A DNA stretch of 64,000 nt from NCBI GenBank assembly GCA_018304175.1, contig JAGVWT010000002.1:564-64563 (forward strand). Direction: 5' to 3'. A program made the position numbers and the translations under genes. Of this stretch, positions 52,722-62,280 are shown in pieces. Origin of the DNA: Candidatus Pacearchaeota archaeon (lineage in GTDB: Archaea > Nanobdellota > Nanobdellia > Pacearchaeales > GW2011-AR1). The notes beneath the pieces were generated by a model. It did not search any database and was not told the DNA's origin. It saw nothing but the letters and a program-made list of their open reading frames with translations. The number at the start of each line of letters is the position of its first letter. The first letter of the stretch is position 1.

Positions 52722-53444
52722 TTGATGTTTTACTTAATAGGATTGGGTTTGAATGAGAAAGGTATCTCTATTCAGGCTTTAGAAATATTGAATAAATGTA
52801 AAAAAATATACATAGAAGAATACACAAGTGATTTTCCGTATAATAAAAAAACTCTGGAGAGAGTAATCCGCAAAAAAATAATTCCTGTTAGCAGAGACTT
52901 TGTTGAGAATAAATCTGAAGATATTATCTTAGAATCAAAAAAATCTAATATCGCATTACTTGTCTATGGCTCGCCTTTAGTGGCTACAACACATATCTCT
53001 TTAATTAAAGACTTGAAGAATAAAAAAATCAAGTACAAAGTAATACACAGCACTTCTATTCTAGATGCTTTAACCGAGACTGGTTTACAGATTTACAAAT
53101 TTGGAAAAGGGACTTCTATGCCTCGTTGGACAAAAAGTTTCAGGCCAGAAAGTTTTATTGACATAGTAATGGAAAATCAGAAAATAAATGCCCATACAAT
53201 AATTTTTGTTGACCCTGGACTCGAGATAATAGAAGCATTAGAACAGCTTAATGAATCTGCAAAAGATAAAAAACTGAAAATTGATAAAATAGTTATATGC
53301 TCAAGACTTGGCACAAAAGATGATAAGATTATTTATGATAAGATACACAATTTAATTAAAAGGAAAATAAAAAAGCCATATTGCATAATAATTCCGGGAA
53401 AACTACATTTTATGGAGAAAGAGTTTTTGGAGAATTATTCGTAA
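52722..53444 (+). CDS. dph5: diphthine synthase
   Basis: MFYLIGLGL...IYIEEYTS, LLVYGSPLVATTH. Tetrapyrrole-methylase fold typical of Dph5. Confidence 0.85.
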   Translation: MMFYLIGLGLNEKGISIQALEILNKCKKIYIEEYTSDFPYNKKTLERVIRKKIIPVSRDFVENKSEDIILESKKSNIALLVYGSPLVATTHISLIKDLKNKKIKYKVIHSTSILDALTETGLQIYKFGKGTSMPRWTKSFRPESFIDIVMENQKINAHTIIFVDPGLEIIEALEQLNESAKDKKLKIDKIVICSRLGTKDDKIIYDKIHNLIKRKIKKPYCIIIPGKLHFMEKEFLENYS

Positions 53445-53605
53445 TTGTTTCCAACGTTGTAATTATTAGAGTTAACAGAATGGCTTTTTGTTTCATAATT
53501 ACTGTTTCCTGAGTCATAGTTCCCGCCTGCTCCAGGAGTTCTGACTGAATATTCCCTCATTGAGCTTCCTTCATTTCCTTTTCCTGTTAAACATCCTAAA
53601 CACAT
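53435..53605 (-). CDS. unlisted small G/N/S/Y-rich ORF (56 aa), speculative
   Basis: Hand translation: MCLGCLTGKGNEGSSMREYSVRTPGAGGNYDSGNSNYETKSHSVNSNNYNVGNNYE. GC-richer than the surrounding spacer. It is below the ORF-track cut-off, and the TATA-like box is too close to the ATG. Confidence 0.25.
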   Translation of the reverse strand: MCLGCLTGKGNEGSSMREYSVRTPGAGGNYDSGNSNYETKSHSVNSNNYNVGNNYE

Positions 53606-53650
53606 AATATTTATAAAAATCAGGTATTTTTAAAGGTTTTTGTGTGAAAC

Positions 53651-53847
53651 ACGCTCGGCTTCGCCTCGCTAATGAGGGGAACCAAGTTTTCCCTTACATT
53701 AACTCCTCCTTTAAAAATCTCTTATTCGTAAACTCATTCATCTATCTTTTTATTAATTAATAAAGAAAAATTTTAAGTTATTGGAATTAAGGGATATTTT
53801 GTGAATGTTAATAAGCAAACTATTGTTGGCGAGCACGAAGTGCGAGT
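53651..53847. repeat. intergenic palindromic repeat family R, copy C, carrying an inserted E-type hairpin
   Basis: acgctcggcttcgcctcgct [atgaggggaaccaagttttcccttacattaactcctcct] ttaaaaatctcttattcgtaaactc. The flanks align with copy B, and the bracketed 39 nt (53672..53710) align with 34644..34683. Confidence 0.6.
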
Positions 53848-53903
53848 GTTTGGATTAAAAACGACAACGCAACTTTTATTAATCTGTTTCAATAATTATT
53901 GAA

Positions 53904-56744
53904 ATGTACAATTTCAAAATTTCTGAGAAGGAGATATTGGATTTCTGGAAGAAAGAAAATATATTTGAGAAGATTAGAAAGAAAAATTTCAAAGGAAAAA
54001 AATTTTATTTTATGGACGGGCCCCCTTACGCTACAGGGCATATCCACATGGGAACGGCACTTAATAAAATTCTGAAAGATGTTGCTATGAGGCAGAAAAG
54101 GCTTCAGGGATTTGATGTTTTTGATAAAGCAGGTTATGACACTCATGGCTTACCTATTGAAAACAAAGTTGAAAAAAATCTAGGATTTGAAAAAAAAGAA
54201 GATATTGAAAAATACGGAGTAAAAAGATTCATTGAGCAGTGCAAAAAGTTCGCGACAGAGTATATAGATGTAATGAATAAAGATTTTATCAATTTAGGAG
54301 TTTGGATGGATTTTGACAATCCTTACTTGACGCTTGAAAAAGAATACATTGAATCAATTTGGGACACATTTAAAAAAGCCGATGAGAAAAAACTTCTTTA
54401 TCTTGGTAAATATCCTGTGCATGTATGCCCTCATTGTGAAACAGCTGTTGCTTACAATGAAATTGAATATATGAAAAAAACAGACATTTCAGTTTATGTA
54501 AAATTCAAAATCAAGAAAAATGAAAAAAAATACTTAATCATTTGGACAACAACACCTTGGACTCTTCCAAGCAACACAGGAGTTATGGTTAACCCTAAAT
54601 TTGATTATGTTGAATTAGAAGTTCTTGACGAGCGCGGTGAGACATGGATTGTTGCAAAGGAAAAAGTTGAAAGTGTTATGAAAAATACCGGAAAAAAATA
54701 CAAGATAAAAAAAATATTCAAAGGCAAAGAAATCAAGGACTTAGAGTACGAAAATCCGCTTTCTTTAAATTTGAACCTTCCAGAATTGAAAAAAGCGTAC
54801 AGAGTAATCCTAAATGAAAGATATGTAAACCTTGAAGAAGGAAGTGGTTTGGTACATACGGCACCAGGATGCGGTAAAGAAGATTTTGAGGCTGGTCAAA
54901 GAGCAGGGCTACCTGTTGTTAGTATTGTAAACATTGAAGGCAAGTTTGAAAAAAACACTGGAAAATATTCTGGAATGAAAGCTGAAGCGGCTAACAAAGA
55001 AATCATCAGGGATTTAGAAGAAAAAGATTTTCTTGTACATAAAGAATCTTACGTCCATGATTATCCGGTATGCTGGAGATGTAAAAGCCAGTTGCTGATG
55101 ATTTCTGTACCTCAATGGTTTTTTAAAATTAGTGAAATAAAAGATAAAATTTTAGCTTCCAACGAAGAAGTTAACTGGGTTCCAAGTTACATGAAACTCA
55201 GAATGAAAGCGTGGCTTGAAGGAATTTCAGATTGGCCGATTTCAAGAAATAGGTATTGGGGAACCCCATTGCCGATATGGATGTGTAATAAATGTGATGA
55301 AAAAAAAGTCATCGGAAGTATTGGTGAATTAGAAAAATTTTCCAAGCAAAAAATAAAAGAAGTTCACAAGCCAGAGATAGATGAAATAAATTGGAAGTGT
55401 AAATGTGGTGGTGAAATGAAGAGAATTCCAGAGGTTTTGGATGTGTGGTTCGATTCTGGAGTTTCAAGCTGGGCAGCTTTAGGATATCCAAAAAATAAAA
55501 GATTGTTTGAAAAATTTTGGCCTGCAGATTTGAATATTGAGGGAAAAGACCAATTCAGAGGCTGGTGGAACTCTCAGTTGATTCTCTCTGAAATACGATT
55601 TGGGAAAAAACCTTACAAAAACATAATGGTTCACGGGATGATTCTCGACATGGGAAAAGTCAAGATGTCAAAATCTTTAGGGAATATAATTTCTCCAGAA
55701 GATGTGATTTCAAAGTATGGTAGAGATATGACGAGATATTACTTCACTAAAATTTCTAAAGGAGAAGATTTTGCTTTCAACGACAAAGAATTCAATGATA
55801 TCCAAAGATTCTTTAGGGTTCTGATTAATGTTAATAATTATTTAAACACGCTTGAAAAATCAAAAGGCAAACAAAAACTTAAACTTGAAGACAAATGGAT
55901 TCAATCAAGATTTAATTCTTTTTTAGAAGAAGTAGAAAAAAGTTACAATAAGTACAAATTTCCTGAAGTAATTCAGAAAACAGAGGATTTCCTGATTAAT
56001 GATTTAAGCAAGACTTACATTCATATAATAAGAGAGAGGGAAGATGAAGTTTTTGAAATTTTAAATGAGATAAGAAATAAACTTTTAGTGGTTTTATCTC
56101 CCGTAATCCCTTTTGTAACGGAAAAAATTTGGCAGGAATTGAAAGAAAGAAAAATTGTTAAGGGAAACTCGGTGCATTTGTGTGATTGGCCCAAATTTGA
56201 TAAGAAAAAAATTGACAAAAAGATTGAGAATGAATTTGGAATTGTTTTTGATATAATTGAAAAAGGTCTTGCTGAAAGAGACGCTGCAAAAATCGGTTTA
56301 AGATGGCCGTTGGCAAAATTAACAATTAACACAAACAGCAAATTTGAAAAAGATATTGAAAACATAATAAAAACGCAGCTTAATGTGAAAAAAATAGAAA
56401 TAAAAAACGCAAAAGAACTTTCTTTGTTACTCGATACTCAAATAACAAAAGAGCTTGAAGCCGAGGGTTACGCTCGTGAGTTGAGTAGAAAAATTCAAGA
56501 TTTTAGAAAAAAACTTGGCTTGGAAAAAAAAGACATCATTGAACTTTTCATTTTTACCGACGGAGAATTAAAGAAAAAGCTTGAAGGGCAAAAAACCTCC
56601 ATTATAGAAAGAACTAATGCAAAAAAACTGGAAATTTACTCAAATGTCGCAACTGGCAAGGAAACATTTAAAAACAAAACTGGCTTTGAAATAAAAGATA
56701 AAAAAGGGGAAATAGCAATCGTTAAAATAATCACTAAGAGGTAA
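53904..56744 (+). CDS. ileS: isoleucyl-tRNA synthetase
   Basis: GPPYATGHIHMGTA (HIGH), DWPISRNRYWGTPLPIW, KMSKSLGN, CP1 editing insertion. Confidence 0.92.
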   Translation: MYNFKISEKEILDFWKKENIFEKIRKKNFKGKKFYFMDGPPYATGHIHMGTALNKILKDVAMRQKRLQGFDVFDKAGYDTHGLPIENKVEKNLGFEKKEDIEKYGVKRFIEQCKKFATEYIDVMNKDFINLGVWMDFDNPYLTLEKEYIESIWDTFKKADEKKLLYLGKYPVHVCPHCETAVAYNEIEYMKKTDISVYVKFKIKKNEKKYLIIWTTTPWTLPSNTGVMVNPKFDYVELEVLDERGETWIVAKEKVESVMKNTGKKYKIKKIFKGKEIKDLEYENPLSLNLNLPELKKAYRVILNERYVNLEEGSGLVHTAPGCGKEDFEAGQRAGLPVVSIVNIEGKFEKNTGKYSGMKAEAANKEIIRDLEEKDFLVHKESYVHDYPVCWRCKSQLLMISVPQWFFKISEIKDKILASNEEVNWVPSYMKLRMKAWLEGISDWPISRNRYWGTPLPIWMCNKCDEKKVIGSIGELEKFSKQKIKEVHKPEIDEINWKCKCGGEMKRIPEVLDVWFDSGVSSWAALGYPKNKRLFEKFWPADLNIEGKDQFRGWWNSQLILSEIRFGKKPYKNIMVHGMILDMGKVKMSKSLGNIISPEDVISKYGRDMTRYYFTKISKGEDFAFNDKEFNDIQRFFRVLINVNNYLNTLEKSKGKQKLKLEDKWIQSRFNSFLEEVEKSYNKYKFPEVIQKTEDFLINDLSKTYIHIIREREDEVFEILNEIRNKLLVVLSPVIPFVTEKIWQELKERKIVKGNSVHLCDWPKFDKKKIDKKIENEFGIVFDIIEKGLAERDAAKIGLRWPLAKLTINTNSKFEKDIENIIKTQLNVKKIEIKNAKELSLLLDTQITKELEAEGYARELSRKIQDFRKKLGLEKKDIIELFIFTDGELKKKLEGQKTSIIERTNAKKLEIYSNVATGKETFKNKTGFEIKDKKGEIAIVKIITKR

Positions 56745-56812
56745 TCCTCTTAATTCACCCTTTTATCATAATAATCTTTAAAAGGATGGTGAGCCAAAAA
56801 TAAATAAGTAAA

Positions 56813-57619
56813 ATGATTGTAAAAGAAGAATTTTTAAGCAGACTTAGAAAAATATTTGATTTAAATCTTTACGAAGTTAAAGTTTGGACTGCATTGTTGT
56901 CTAGAGGAACTTCAACGGCTGGAGAGTTGAGTAGTATTTCTGATGTTCCAAGAAGCAGAACTTATGATATATTGGAAAGCTTGGACAAAAAAGGTTTCAT
57001 AGTACTGAAACTTGGAAAGCCGATTAAATTTGTGGCTTTGAAACCAGAAGAAGTTGTTGAGAGGGTCAAGAGAAACCTTGCAAAAGACGCTCAGGAAAAA
57101 ACAAAAAGACTTGAGACAATGAAAAACGATGAAGTTATTGAAGAACTCAACACTTTGTTTAGCCAGGGAATAAAATTTGTCGAGCCGACAGACCTATCTG
57201 GAAGTTTAAGGGGCAGACAAAACTTGTACAATCATATAGACATGATGATAAGAAATGCTGAAAAATTAATAACAATTGTAACAACAAAAGAAGGGCTTAA
57301 CAGAAAATTTGAGGCATTGCTTCCAAGCCTTGAAAAATGCAAAAAACGTGGTGTGAAAATAAGAATCGCAGCGCCGATTAACGCCAATAACATAAAAGTT
57401 GCGAGGGAATTAAAAAAAGTGGCCGAGGTAAAAAACATGGAAAAAATGAGGGCAAGATTTGTGATTATTGATTCAAACCAGATAATGTTTATGCTTCTTG
57501 ATGACGAAAAATTCCATCCAAACTATGATACTGGTGTGTGGATTAACACGGAATTTTTCGCTGACGCTTTAGAGCAATTATTTGAACTTGCGTGGAAGGA
57601 AATGAAGAGTGTGAAGTAA
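56813..57619 (+). CDS. TrmB-family transcriptional regulator
   Basis: N-terminal wHTH LYEVKVWTALLSRGTSTAGELSSISDVPRSRTYDILESLDKKGFI plus a TrmB C-terminal domain. Confidence 0.8.
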   Translation: MIVKEEFLSRLRKIFDLNLYEVKVWTALLSRGTSTAGELSSISDVPRSRTYDILESLDKKGFIVLKLGKPIKFVALKPEEVVERVKRNLAKDAQEKTKRLETMKNDEVIEELNTLFSQGIKFVEPTDLSGSLRGRQNLYNHIDMMIRNAEKLITIVTTKEGLNRKFEALLPSLEKCKKRGVKIRIAAPINANNIKVARELKKVAEVKNMEKMRARFVIIDSNQIMFMLLDDEKFHPNYDTGVWINTEFFADALEQLFELAWKEMKSVK

Positions 57620-57669
57620 TTTCTTAAAAATTCTATCACAATAGTCTTTAAAAACAAAAACTGTTTGTT

Positions 57670-58128
57670 TTGATTATGGGTATATGCAGGTTCAGTATAG
57701 ATAATTTTCTGTTACCAATTTCTTTTGAACAGTTTGAAGAAACAGCATCAATATTAGATATTTCTATGAATGGTGTTAATCCAAATACTACAAGTGAGTT
57801 ATTTCTAACTACTAACAAAGAAGATTATGAAGTTTGCAGTTTGACGATTTTTGATTCAAGAGTTGAAGAAGCTTTGAATAGAAGGGAAAGGCATAGCTTA
57901 GAAAATTTTAATAAAGATTTGTGGAAAAAATCATTTGAAACTGAATTGATTATAAAAGATAATACAATTACTGACCCATATACGGTTTTTTTGAGTGTAA
58001 GAAGAAGAGAACCAAGAATTATGAAATTTTATGCTTCTAGTTTAGATGAAAGGTCTCAAGAAGTTTTTGACAGTTTTAAAAAAGCAAGATGGTTCCAGAG
58101 AATTGGTAATAGTTATAGCAAACCTTGA
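57670..58128 (+). CDS. hypothetical protein
   Basis: 152-aa ORF, no motif. Confidence 0.4.
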   Translation: MIMGICRFSIDNFLLPISFEQFEETASILDISMNGVNPNTTSELFLTTNKEDYEVCSLTIFDSRVEEALNRRERHSLENFNKDLWKKSFETELIIKDNTITDPYTVFLSVRRREPRIMKFYASSLDERSQEVFDSFKKARWFQRIGNSYSKP

Positions 58129-58220
58129 AGGTTTGCACATGCTTATGCGAAGAGTATTCTGAGATGAAATTGTGAAATAAACACGGTAATTCTTTTAAAT
58201 TCATTATTTCTTGGGAAATC

Positions 58221-58646
58221 ATGTTGGAAATAAACAAAGACGGGTTGCTGAAATTTTTGTCAGAAGCTGGTAAAAAAAGTGAGAGAGATTTTTTTAGAAG
58301 TGGAGATTGGCAGCATCATAGTTTATATGTTGGGGGTATCAAAAATCCTTTAGGAGTAGATATATTTTTCAAAGGAAACTTTGTTTGGAAAATGCGCTAC
58401 CACAGACAACCAAGAGATTTCCCAGAAAAATATTTACAACATGATGTTTTTCCATTTCTTAAAAAAGCCTTGCTGTCAGCTCCGGAAGACATGCCTTTCA
58501 GAGGACCAAAATATTTTAAAGAATTAGACTTTGAATACTTTTTTGATATGAAAGGGGACTGGGAATATTTCACAGGAATAGAGAGAATTTTGCATGTTGG
58601 GGACGAAGTTTTCTTTCAGGATGTTATGGGTGGCTTAATTAAATAA
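58221..58646 (+). CDS. hypothetical protein (DUF5680-like, tentative)
   Basis: 141 aa. The pattern VWKMRYHRQP...FLKKALL...PFRGPKYF...FTGIERI resembles that family as I recall it. Confidence 0.35.
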   Translation: MLEINKDGLLKFLSEAGKKSERDFFRSGDWQHHSLYVGGIKNPLGVDIFFKGNFVWKMRYHRQPRDFPEKYLQHDVFPFLKKALLSAPEDMPFRGPKYFKELDFEYFFDMKGDWEYFTGIERILHVGDEVFFQDVMGGLIK

Positions 58647-58693
58647 CATCAAAAATAAAAAATTAAGAATAAGAAATTAAAAAATAAAAATAT

Positions 58694-58894
58694 TTATTTG
58701 TTGACGATAGCCATTATTGCTCCAACCACAGTTGTGATTACAACTACCCATCCAACAATTTGTGTCAGTATTAATGGAATCCATCTCACGGTCAAAACTC
58801 CATCAACCAATCCGAATCCTACTGCTAATGACACTAGAACTCCAGTCAGCCATAATATGAAGTTCAAAACCATTCCACTTTGTTTTCTTGCCAT
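58694..58894 (-). CDS. small two-TM membrane protein
   Basis: 66 aa. A strong SD-like aGGGGGTG lies 5 nt upstream of the ATG. The mirror ORF on the + strand is rejected. Confidence 0.55.
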   Translation of the reverse strand: MARKQSGMVLNFILWLTGVLVSLAVGFGLVDGVLTVRWIPLILTQIVGWVVVITTVVGAIMAIVNK

Positions 58895-58982
58895 TTAACA
58901 CCCCCTTTCAAATTAATAACTCCTAAGAGTATGATATTTATTATAATTTAGTATTTAAATAAGTTTTGTTTTACCGTCTTTA

Positions 58983-60659
58983 TTACATTCTGTCAATTGT
59001 TTCAATTCCTAAAAGTTTCAAGGAATTTTTTAACACAATTCTAAAAGATTCAACAATTTTGAGTCTGAAATTTTCATTTTCTGAGTTAATAACTTTGGAT
59101 GAATGATAAAATTCATTAAAAATCTGTGCTAGGTGATAGGAATAATTTGCAATTATTGCGGGATTTAAAGTTTTGTGAGAGTTTAAGACAATTTCAGGAA
59201 ATGATGACAGTTTTTTAACCAGCTCAACTTCATTTTCATTTAATTCATTAACTAAGAATTTTTTGTTTTTTTGTTTTTTTGTTTTTGATTTTCTTAAAAT
59301 GTTTGAAGCTCTTGCATAACTGTACAAAAGATAAGGCCCTGTGTCTCCTTCGAAATTCAGCGCTTCTTCCAAATTAAAATTTATTGGTTTGTTTGGGGAA
59401 ATTTTTAAAATTGAATACTTCACTGCACAAATAGCTATTTTTTTTGGATCTCCTCTTGTTTTTCTCTTTGATGTCTCTTTTTTTGCTTTTTTTACAGCAT
59501 CTTCAACAAAATCCTCAAGTAAAACAACATCTCCCTTGCGCGTCGACATTTTTCTTGACTTTCCTTTTTCACTTAAAAGAATAAAAGAGTAATGGACAAC
59601 TTTTGGATAATTTTTTTTCAAAAGTTTTAATGCTTCCGTGAGTTGCTGGAAATAAAGTTTTTGGTCTTCGCCAAGAATTATAATGTTTTCTTTTGCTTTG
59701 GAAATTTTATTTAAGGTATAGGCAATATCCCTCAAAGGATACAATCCAGTTCCATCACTCCTTGTTAAAACTAATACAGGGGATTTCATCTGCCCTTCAA
59801 TTGAAGTTCCTTTCAAATCTAACACAGAACGATTTTCATGTTTGAATAATTTTCCTGTTTTTTCTAATTCAAGCAGAATTTTTTTTGCCTTTCCTATATA
59901 ATCTGACTCATAATCAAATGAATCATATTTTATTCCTAAATCAGAAAGAATTTTTTTCTGTCCATCCACACAAATTTTTGTAACTTTTTTGAATCTTTTC
60001 ATGATTTTTTTGTCATTGTGTTCAAACTTATAAAGTAAATCAAAAACTTCTTTTTCCGCTTTTTTTGAGTTTTTAACTTTCGCTGCAACTAAAATATATT
60101 TTTTCAGCATTGAATCAAATTTTTGGTTTTCTGTTTTTCCATAAACAAGCATTGCTATTTGTTTTGAAACATCATTTACAAAATAATGGACTTCAACATT
60201 GTAATTCAAAAATCTCAAAATTTTTACTAAGCTGTCTCCAATAAATGCGTTCCTAGACCTTCCAACATGCGGCGAAGCGTTTGGATTTATGCTTGTATGT
60301 TCAACCAAAACTTTTTCATTTTTTCCAATGTTTGTTTTCCCATAATTTTCTTTTTCCTTTAATATTTGATTAATTATCTTCTCTGAAAAATCTTCCTTAT
60401 CGACAAAAAAGTTGATGTATCCTCCATTAACTTGTACTGATTTAATATTATTTGAAAGCTTCACTTCATTTTTTAATTTAATGGCAATTTCCTGTGGATT
60501 TTTTTTAAGTATTGGAGAAAGAAAAAAACATGGAAATGCAAAATCACCCATTTCTTGATTTGGAGGAATTTCGATTCTTTCTTCAATTTCTTTAATTGGA
60601 ATGTTAATTCTCTCTTTTTTTAAAGTATCTGCAAGAATTTTTGAAATTTCACTCTTCAT
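58983..60659 (-). CDS. argS: arginyl-tRNA synthetase
   Basis: SINPNASPHVGRSRNAFIGD (HIGH region), MSTRKGD (KMSKS equivalent), and a DALR anticodon-binding C-terminus ending ...DRM. Confidence 0.92.
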   Translation of the reverse strand: MKSEISKILADTLKKERINIPIKEIEERIEIPPNQEMGDFAFPCFFLSPILKKNPQEIAIKLKNEVKLSNNIKSVQVNGGYINFFVDKEDFSEKIINQILKEKENYGKTNIGKNEKVLVEHTSINPNASPHVGRSRNAFIGDSLVKILRFLNYNVEVHYFVNDVSKQIAMLVYGKTENQKFDSMLKKYILVAAKVKNSKKAEKEVFDLLYKFEHNDKKIMKRFKKVTKICVDGQKKILSDLGIKYDSFDYESDYIGKAKKILLELEKTGKLFKHENRSVLDLKGTSIEGQMKSPVLVLTRSDGTGLYPLRDIAYTLNKISKAKENIIILGEDQKLYFQQLTEALKLLKKNYPKVVHYSFILLSEKGKSRKMSTRKGDVVLLEDFVEDAVKKAKKETSKRKTRGDPKKIAICAVKYSILKISPNKPINFNLEEALNFEGDTGPYLLYSYARASNILRKSKTKKQKNKKFLVNELNENEVELVKKLSSFPEIVLNSHKTLNPAIIANYSYHLAQIFNEFYHSSKVINSENENFRLKIVESFRIVLKNSLKLLGIETIDRM

Positions 60660-60784
60660 AGAATAAATTAGTAAAAAGAGGTTATAAATTTTGCTTCGAC
60701 AAAATTTATTTCATAGCCAAATTGCCTCAACTCGCGCCCACACCAGATATTTATAACTTGACACATTATATTTTTGCCTGTTGC

Positions 60785-60842
60785 AAACGCTCGCTCCGAA
60801 ATCGCTCATGAGAGTAAATCGTGAGCACGAAAGTGCAAACGC
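60785..60842. repeat. intergenic repeat family R, partial copy I
   Basis: aaacgctcgctccgaaatcgctcatgagagtaaatcgtgagcacgaaagtgc shares the cgctcg.. and gagcacgaa(a)gtgc modules with copies C and D. Confidence 0.4.
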
Positions 60843-60844
60843 AA

Positions 60845-61462
60845 TTATCTCGCAGAGTCTGCCTGTTTTTCTGCTTCGTTTTTCTTTCTTACTGCAGAAC
60901 TGTCTCCGCTGTTTTCGTAGGCGAGAATTATTTCTTCTGCTAAACTTTGAGTTATGTTTTTTTTCTTGTTGAACGCCCTATCTGAAGCGCCGTGAACAAG
61001 ATTTTTCAATGCAATATTGACTCTTCTCAGAGGTGAGACATCAACTGCCTGCAAATACCTTGCTCCACCATATTCAATAACAGTTGTTTCGTCGCGAGGC
61101 GCGGAATTTTCAATTGCTTTGACTAAAACTTTTACTGGATTTGTTTTTGTCTTTTCCTCTATTATTTTAAAAGCACCAAGAACAATCATCATGTTTTTTG
61201 TATATTTTCCTGTTGAACTTCCCAAAATTATTTTGTGCTTTTTTCCCCTGTGTCCTGCAACAGAAAGCTTGTTCATCAACCTCTCAACAATATTGGTTTT
61301 TGTCTGTCCAAGTCTTTGAGTATTTCTTCCGTGGCTTTTCAAAATTAATTTTGTGTTGAGATTTATCACTGGTTTTAGTCCTGGGTCTTCAACATTTATT
61401 TCATCAAGGGAATACATATTAAAAATCTTGAAATTCAAATCCTGTGTTTTTTGTTCTGTCAT
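60845..61462 (-). CDS. rps7: 30S ribosomal protein S7 (uS7)
   Basis: Archaeal-length uS7 (205 aa) with ...GKKHKIILGSSTGKY..., ENSAPRDETTVIEYGGARY, EEIILAYENS. Confidence 0.92.
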   Translation of the reverse strand: MTEQKTQDLNFKIFNMYSLDEINVEDPGLKPVINLNTKLILKSHGRNTQRLGQTKTNIVERLMNKLSVAGHRGKKHKIILGSSTGKYTKNMMIVLGAFKIIEEKTKTNPVKVLVKAIENSAPRDETTVIEYGGARYLQAVDVSPLRRVNIALKNLVHGASDRAFNKKKNITQSLAEEIILAYENSGDSSAVRKKNEAEKQADSAR

Positions 61463-61722
61463 TATGCTACTCTCCTTTCTAATCTATAAATATTTTCAAT
61501 GAATATAATGGGATTTCCGTTAAGATAATTTTGGGGGACATTTTTTATATTCCTTATTGGCACTCTCAAATCATCAACGTAAAGCTCCTTGCCCCTAAAT
61601 CCCACCTCATAACTTATTTTTCCTTGAACAACTAAATTTCCATCCATATCAAAAACACTTCCCCTTTTACCTGCGAGTTCTTTCAATAATCTGTTGAACT
61701 TTCCTGCTCTTGTTTTTGTCAT
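61462..61722 (-). CDS. hypothetical 86-aa protein inserted between rps12 and rps7
   Basis: The ORF starts 1 nt after the rps12 stop, and its stop overlaps the rps7 ATG (ATGA). No motif recognised. Confidence 0.45.
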   Translation of the reverse strand: MTKTRAGKFNRLLKELAGKRGSVFDMDGNLVVQGKISYEVGFRGKELYVDDLRVPIRNIKNVPQNYLNGNPIIFIENIYRLERRVA

Positions 61723-61723
61723 T

Positions 61724-62146
61724 TTACCTTCTACCCTTTTCTATAACACCTTGCCATAATAAATGCAGAGGCTGATCATTTACTTTTATGATTTTGAATC
61801 TTACTCCTGGAATGTCTCCTTTACTTCTTCCTTGTTTTCCCCCAATTCTTTCAACCATTACTTCGTCGTGCTCGTCAATGAATTTTTGCGCAAGATTTCC
61901 TGGAATGAAAGCAGTAATTATTTTTCCATTTTTTTTCAGTTGAACTTTGCAGCATTTCCTCATTGCAGAGTTTGGTTGTTTTGCTTCTTTCTGAACTTTT
62001 TGCAAAACAATTCCTTTTGCCTGATTAGCCCCTTTCAGAGGATCTGACTTAGCGTAAAGTCCGAGAGTGGCGACTTTGTAATGGTGGTCTTTCCATCTAA
62101 ATTTCTTTCTTTTTTTCTCGAACTTCATTGCATTTTTTAATCCCAT
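61724..62146 (-). CDS. rps12: 30S ribosomal protein S12 (uS12)
   Basis: [42 protein letters not shown]. The archaeal N-terminal extension includes RWKD. Confidence 0.92.
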   Translation of the reverse strand: MGLKNAMKFEKKRKKFRWKDHHYKVATLGLYAKSDPLKGANQAKGIVLQKVQKEAKQPNSAMRKCCKVQLKKNGKIITAFIPGNLAQKFIDEHDEVMVERIGGKQGRSKGDIPGVRFKIIKVNDQPLHLLWQGVIEKGRR

Positions 62147-62229
62147 ACAAATACCTGATAAAATTTGTTTATAAATATTTCCAATGAAAATAGGGAAAAA
62201 ATTTAAAGGTAAAAAGGTAAGATTATCTA

Positions 62230-62275
62230 GAGCTTCACGAGTTCGCTCGTTTTCATCGCAAGCTCGTTAAAGAGG
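62230..62275 (+). promoter_or_regulatory. conserved GC-rich 46-nt leader hairpin ending in an SD-like AAAGAGG (copy 1 of 2)
   Basis: gagcttcacgagttcgctcgttttcatcgcaagctcgttaaagagg. 35/46 positions are identical to 63446..63491, upstream of or inside the paralogous gene. Stem GAGCTT/AAGCTC. Confidence 0.45.
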
Positions 62276-62280
62276 TATAA

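Noticed and set aside
58698-58898. + strand 66-aa ORF mirroring the minus-strand ORF 58694..58894.
   Set aside because: The minus-strand product is a clean two-TM protein preceded by a GGGGGTG Shine-Dalgarno-like site. The + strand product is T/P/N-rich with no start context.
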